64,000 nucleotides of DNA, from contig NC_087252.1 of NCBI RefSeq assembly GCF_037042905.1, positions 9,984,001 to 10,048,000 of the forward strand, written 5' to 3'. The stretch's first letter is position 1. Each line of letters opens with the position of its first letter. This DNA is from Lytechinus pictus. Its lineage: Eukaryota. The translations under genes and the position numbers were made by a program. Below the pieces are notes generated by a model. The model saw nothing but the letters and a program-made list of their open reading frames with translations, made no database searches and was not told the origin of the DNA. Shown piece by piece: positions 59,840-64,000 of the stretch.

Positions 59840-60774
59840 CTGTATGGCAGAGGATATGGATGCATTGGGGGAAAATGCTTATTGTTTGATCGGACTGATT
59901 ATCTCATCATTAACACTAACAAAAACTCTATCGATCAACAGTGTCGGAGAAACGTATATAGTATAGTAGTAGTAGTAGTAGTTAGTAGAAGTAGCATAAT
60001 TGTTAGTTTCGGTCATGTTCGCTCATGTGGTTTACGTAGCAGACGATGCTAGCCTGTTAGTACATAGTATACTTTCGCAGACCCTATTGCAAATCAAAAT
60101 AATTTCCGGACTTGATATTTGCTTTCTCAAACTGTAGTTATATTATAAATATCAGTAGGCAAAGCTTTATAGTACAAGACCATTGTTACTTTCAACATTA
60201 AATGCGTCAATTAAGTTTGTTTGGACTGTACTAATTGTTTCAAATGAAAAGGGGTCTAGGAATGGTAACTATCATACGTTAGTCACGTGACGTTGTACAC
60301 ATAAATATGCCAATTTCTGCCTGCTCGATCTCAAAGTTTGGGAGAAAAATGAAATGTAACCATTACAATAGTCATAAAGTATTAAACATCAAACTGTAGG
60401 TAATCTATTTAGTATTGAGATGACAATCAATCTCGACCTTTGTAACCCTTAGGGGTATTCCAGTGGGAAAATAAAGGTGCCAATGTCTCGAAAATATGGG
60501 TGGTTTCAGACCGTTTGCCATAGCAAGAGTTGTGAACATGGACACTTTCAAATTAACAGCGAGACGTAAATCGTGAGTTAATTGTAATAATATTTACATC
60601 AAATTAATGGAATTGGGTAAAATTTTCACACTATTATCAATCTGGGTGAGATTATTAATAGTTATAAAGATATACCCGGATTTCTGCAATATTACGTTCA
60701 TGCAAACCACTGTTCCATGTGTTGAAGCTGTGTGTGTAGACTTTCGGACACTCAAATGCACGCGACTAACCATT

Positions 60775-61000
60775 ATGTAGTAGTAAAAGTAAATGTAGAA
60801 GTAGTAGTAATAGTTGTAGTAGTAATTGGTGTTGTTGTTGCTGCTGTTGTTGCTGTTATTGTAATAGCAGTAGTATTAATATTAGTAGTAGTGGTGGTAG
60901 TAGTAGTAGTGGTTGTAGTAGTAGTAGTAGTGGTGGTATTTTAATAGTAGTAGTAGTAGTAGAAGTAGTAGTAGTAGTAGTAGTACTAGTAGTAGTAGTA
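60775..61000. repeat. (GTA)n/(GTT)n compound microsatellite
   Basis: Runs of GTA with GTT/GTG variants. Confidence 0.9.
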
Positions 61001-61391
61001 TCAGTTGCGTACAGATGGAGGGGTTTGGGGAAAAAAGGAAATGGAGAAGGGTGAAATTTTATATTTTCTGAATATTGTGTCAACATCTATCACAAAATTT
61101 GATAACTGTAATGAAAAAAGCTCTCAACTTTCTGTAAGTTTTTCCCGATACACCATGTCTGGGCCCCCTCAATTATATATATTTATATATTTGATTATAT
61201 TTGAATTATATTATTATATATTTGAAAAGGGCAAACACCTCCACCCCCCCCCCCCCCCCCCCCCGTTCCCCCTTCGTTATGAATGCTGATGAAAGATTTG
61301 CTGGGAGTAGCATCTAACATCTCAATTGAAGTATTCACAGCTCTAAAATACATGTATCTGTCAGGGCCACATCAGAACAGCGCCCGCATAC

Positions 61392-61643
61392 CTTCCATAT
61401 AGGTGAACAAAACTTCAGCATTCAACTTCTCACAACCGGATCCGTCCCCGCAGTACATTCGTTGAAATTCGCTCGGGTAATAGCAGTCACCATGGTCACC
61501 GTGATCAGGCCATGATGTGGTGTTTGTGGGGTGTGTTCCGGTTTCGTTACGAACCGTACCGTTTGATCCCTGCTGCCCTTCGAACATGTCGAATTGGATA
61601 TTACTCCGTGTCGAGAAGCACGAGAAGCAGTATTCAGCTGAGC
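61392..61643 (-). CDS. Ly6/uPAR protein, coding exon 2
   Basis: Acceptor ttacccag|GC, donor GAA G|GTATGC; 252 nt, phase 1-1. Encodes GSAEYCFSC...GDCYYPSEFQRMYCGDGSGCEKLNAEVLFTYME. Confidence 0.9.
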
Positions 61644-61699
61644 CTGGGTAATTTAAAAATAATGATTCATGAGTTTTCATCATAATTCACTTTAGTGTT

Positions 61700-61985
61700 A
61701 TCATCACTATCATCATCATCATTATCATCAACACCGTCATCATCGTCATCATCATATTCATCATCATTATTATCATCCTCCTCATGATGAGGAGGATGGA
61801 CCTCATCAACATCATTGTCATCAATATCATCGACATCATCATTATCATCATCATTGTCATCATCACCACCATCACAAACTTCATCATCAACATCATCGTT
61901 TTCGTTGTCATCATCTCATCCACGATTGTCATTTTCAGCGTCTTTATTAACAATATATTCATTCATCATTATCACAATATCATCC
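61700..61985. repeat. (CAT)n degenerate microsatellite
   Basis: CAT/TAT/CAC triplet runs; source of the spurious poly-Met/Ile/Ser ORFs. Confidence 0.9.
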
Positions 61986-62687
61986 CCGCGTTGCGATTTT
62001 GTCGATTTCCCTCGTCTCTTCAATAAACGAATGTTTGTCTTTTACATCATTTTCCTTTTTTGCTTTCCTACTTTCAATAGCGTCGATAAAATATTGTTTA
62101 GTTACAATTTCTTGTTTCTAATTTGTTACATTAAAATTTATATGTTGCTGGTAGTAACATGATTTACTATACCATTCACTGTAAAATAATCTGTCATTTA
62201 TTTCATCACAATCATAACAATAGACAAACGTAATGTACTTTTATCGGTTCTCTTCCAATTGTTAATACAACATAAATAAACAAAACAAAAACAGATCAAA
62301 GAATAGTAGCATAACATGCCCAAAACAAAATAGAGTACTGATATTAATCTAAATCTAAAATTTAGGTTAAAGCAAACACTTGCAAACCCAAATTAAACGC
62401 TTACGACATTGGACATATTTTTCAATACTTCCATAAACGACTGGCACGTAGCCTATATGTATGTTCATCTTTATCTTCTGGCAGCCATTTAAAAACTCAG
62501 AAGAGTTTTGATCAATTTAGCCTCCTTCAGCCTTTGTTTGAATTTGTCTTTTTCTGTTCATGTGTGCGTTTGGAAGTCAATCAATCTTGAATATAATTAT
62601 TTCGCATAAAAAGACATTAAATTAAAATCTGTGTTTGGCAAAATCAGTTGCTAGCTATCATTTGATATTTTTGTATGTTGGCTCTTT

Positions 62688-62856
62688 CACTTAAAAATGA
62701 AGTGCTAATTAGCACTTAGAGTGCTTGTATAGTGACTGCACTACGAGTGCTGATTTTCTAGTTCAAATTTAAACTAGAAAATCAGCACTCGTAGTGCAGT
62801 CACTATACACAGCACTGTAAGTGCCAAATTAGCACTTCACTTCATTTTTTACAGTG
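62688..62856. mobile_element. Palindromic CACTA-like MITE
   Basis: CACT..AAAAATGAAGTG...CACTTCATTTTTTACAGTG, with a central perfect ~36-bp stem TATAGTGACTGCACTACGAGTGCTGATTTTCTAGTT and its revcomp. Confidence 0.8.
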
Positions 62857-63418
62857 TTTTTTATTAAAGATCACGCGTTCCCAAGTGCCCAGCAAGACAT
62901 TAAATAAAAATGAACAAATCAAACAAGCATAACAATAGCGCAGAAAATTTCATCAAATATTGGAGGCTATGAGTCACGATAGTTACCTGTAAATCATGGT
63001 TTGTTTGCAGATGAGAAAACCAATAATATATCACACTCCCAACTTCTTTCTGCATGTATTTCACAATAGGTATATAAGTATAGAATATTCCATCAAAAGG
63101 TTTGTATCGACTGAAATCGTATGCATAATGTGCACCTTTGTATAGATAATTGGTGCCTCATAAATGATATAATTACATGCATTTTAAAATTGTATACATA
63201 GTGAATATTTTGAAAGCAAGAATAATAAGAATCATATTGGTTTATTGTTTGATTATTCTCACTATGAATGAACATCTATTATCTAACAACAGTGGCTTAA
63301 TTTTTTGGCTTCGGTAATAAAGATACTCTTCACTCATTGAAACGAAACTAATACATCATACCTCAGTCACATTGGCTCTATATACGGCGGCCGCACGTAT
63401 GGCGAGTGAAAACAGCTC

Positions 63419-63670
63419 ACGTATCCACCTTGCTATAGGTGCTCAAGGCGCTCCTATATTACCCCGGCTAAGCTACTCTACCGATTCTGATGCGCACAGC
63501 TTTTTTAGGAATTACTTCCTGCTTTGTACCCATTTGCCTCACCTGGGTCGAGTGCAGATGAGTGTGGATAAATTTCTTGCTGAAGGAAAACACACCATGG
63601 GTAGGATTCTAACCCACGACCATCTGTTTGCAAGGCGAGAGTCAGAACCACTAGACCACGACGCGCCCAC
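63419..63670 (-). mobile_element. tRNA-derived SINE, near full length
   Basis: Revcomp head GGGCGCGTCGTGGTCTAGTGG (A box) ... GGTTAGAATCC (B box), then the body and an L2-like tail GCGCCTTGAGCACC..GGTGGATA. Confidence 0.85.
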
Positions 63671-63736
63671 GTATTAGTTTTACACATGTGAAATGCAAAA
63701 AAAAAATCATGTTATAAATATTGATTGCTTACTAAC

Positions 63737-63788
63737 CTGTCTGAGACAAAGCGATGACGGTGAACACCAGTAGACCCAAGGAATACAT
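63737..63788 (-). CDS. Ly6/uPAR protein, first coding exon (signal peptide)
   Basis: aagATG; MYSLGLLVFTVIALSQT(G); donor ACA G|GTTAGT; 52 nt, phase 1. Acceptor ttttccag| four bases upstream implies a non-coding exon beyond the window. Confidence 0.88.
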
Positions 63789-64000
63789 CTTGCTGGAAAA
63801 CAAACGGTTGCTTTGATAGGTTATCTGTCAATTACTGGTCTACATCCCCTTATTTTACTGCCCGTTTTTTGTCTCATCGCACATGGTCTAATCATATTTC
63901 ATTTATGAGTTCGTTTTAATACTATCCATTTCGTCTAATTACCATTTAGCCCATTCACTATTTTGTCTAATTTCCGGTTAGGTCATCTCGATCATGGCTA

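Noticed and set aside
60732..62162. Poly-Val/Thr/Met/Ile/Ser ORFs
   Set aside because: Translations of (GTA)n and (CAT)n microsatellites in introns of the Ly6/uPAR gene.
63590..63670. tRNA gene
   Set aside because: A and B boxes are present but the cloverleaf is degenerate and continues into a SINE body and tail that recur elsewhere in the window.

Overview
This is AT-rich animal (metazoan) genomic DNA; the repeat families suggest a sea urchin or other echinoderm, which is an inference only. Two spliced host genes lie on the minus strand, and the ORF track captures both only in fragments. (1) A complete gene with four coding exons (63788->58896, 196 aa) encodes a signal peptide, a 10-cysteine Ly6/uPAR (three-finger, quiver/sleepless-like) domain and a GPI-type hydrophobic tail. 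(2) A gene encoding a signal peptide fused directly to one six-bladed YWTD (LDLR class B) beta-propeller has coding exons from 25126 to 15233; its 3' end is unresolved. The rest is a dense, nested transposon landscape. It includes a young full-length Ty3/Gypsy element (CsRN1/Kabuki-like, tRNA-Trp PBS, ATAC TSD, intact pol, GGGAAAC -1 frameshift site) whose gag is split by an Academ-type foldback element. It also holds three decayed LINEs (I/Nimb-like with RNase H, CR1/L2-group, L1/Tx1-like), a Penelope-like GIY-YIG fragment and two minimal hammerhead ribozyme motifs. Other elements are a Helitron-like element carrying a ~150-bp tandem array, an Academ/XPG remnant, tRNA-derived SINEs sharing an L2 tail, and many MITEs (Kolobok-, piggyBac-, hAT-, Harbinger-, CACTA- and P-like). 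All calls come from manual reading, and boundaries may be off by a few bases where stated.
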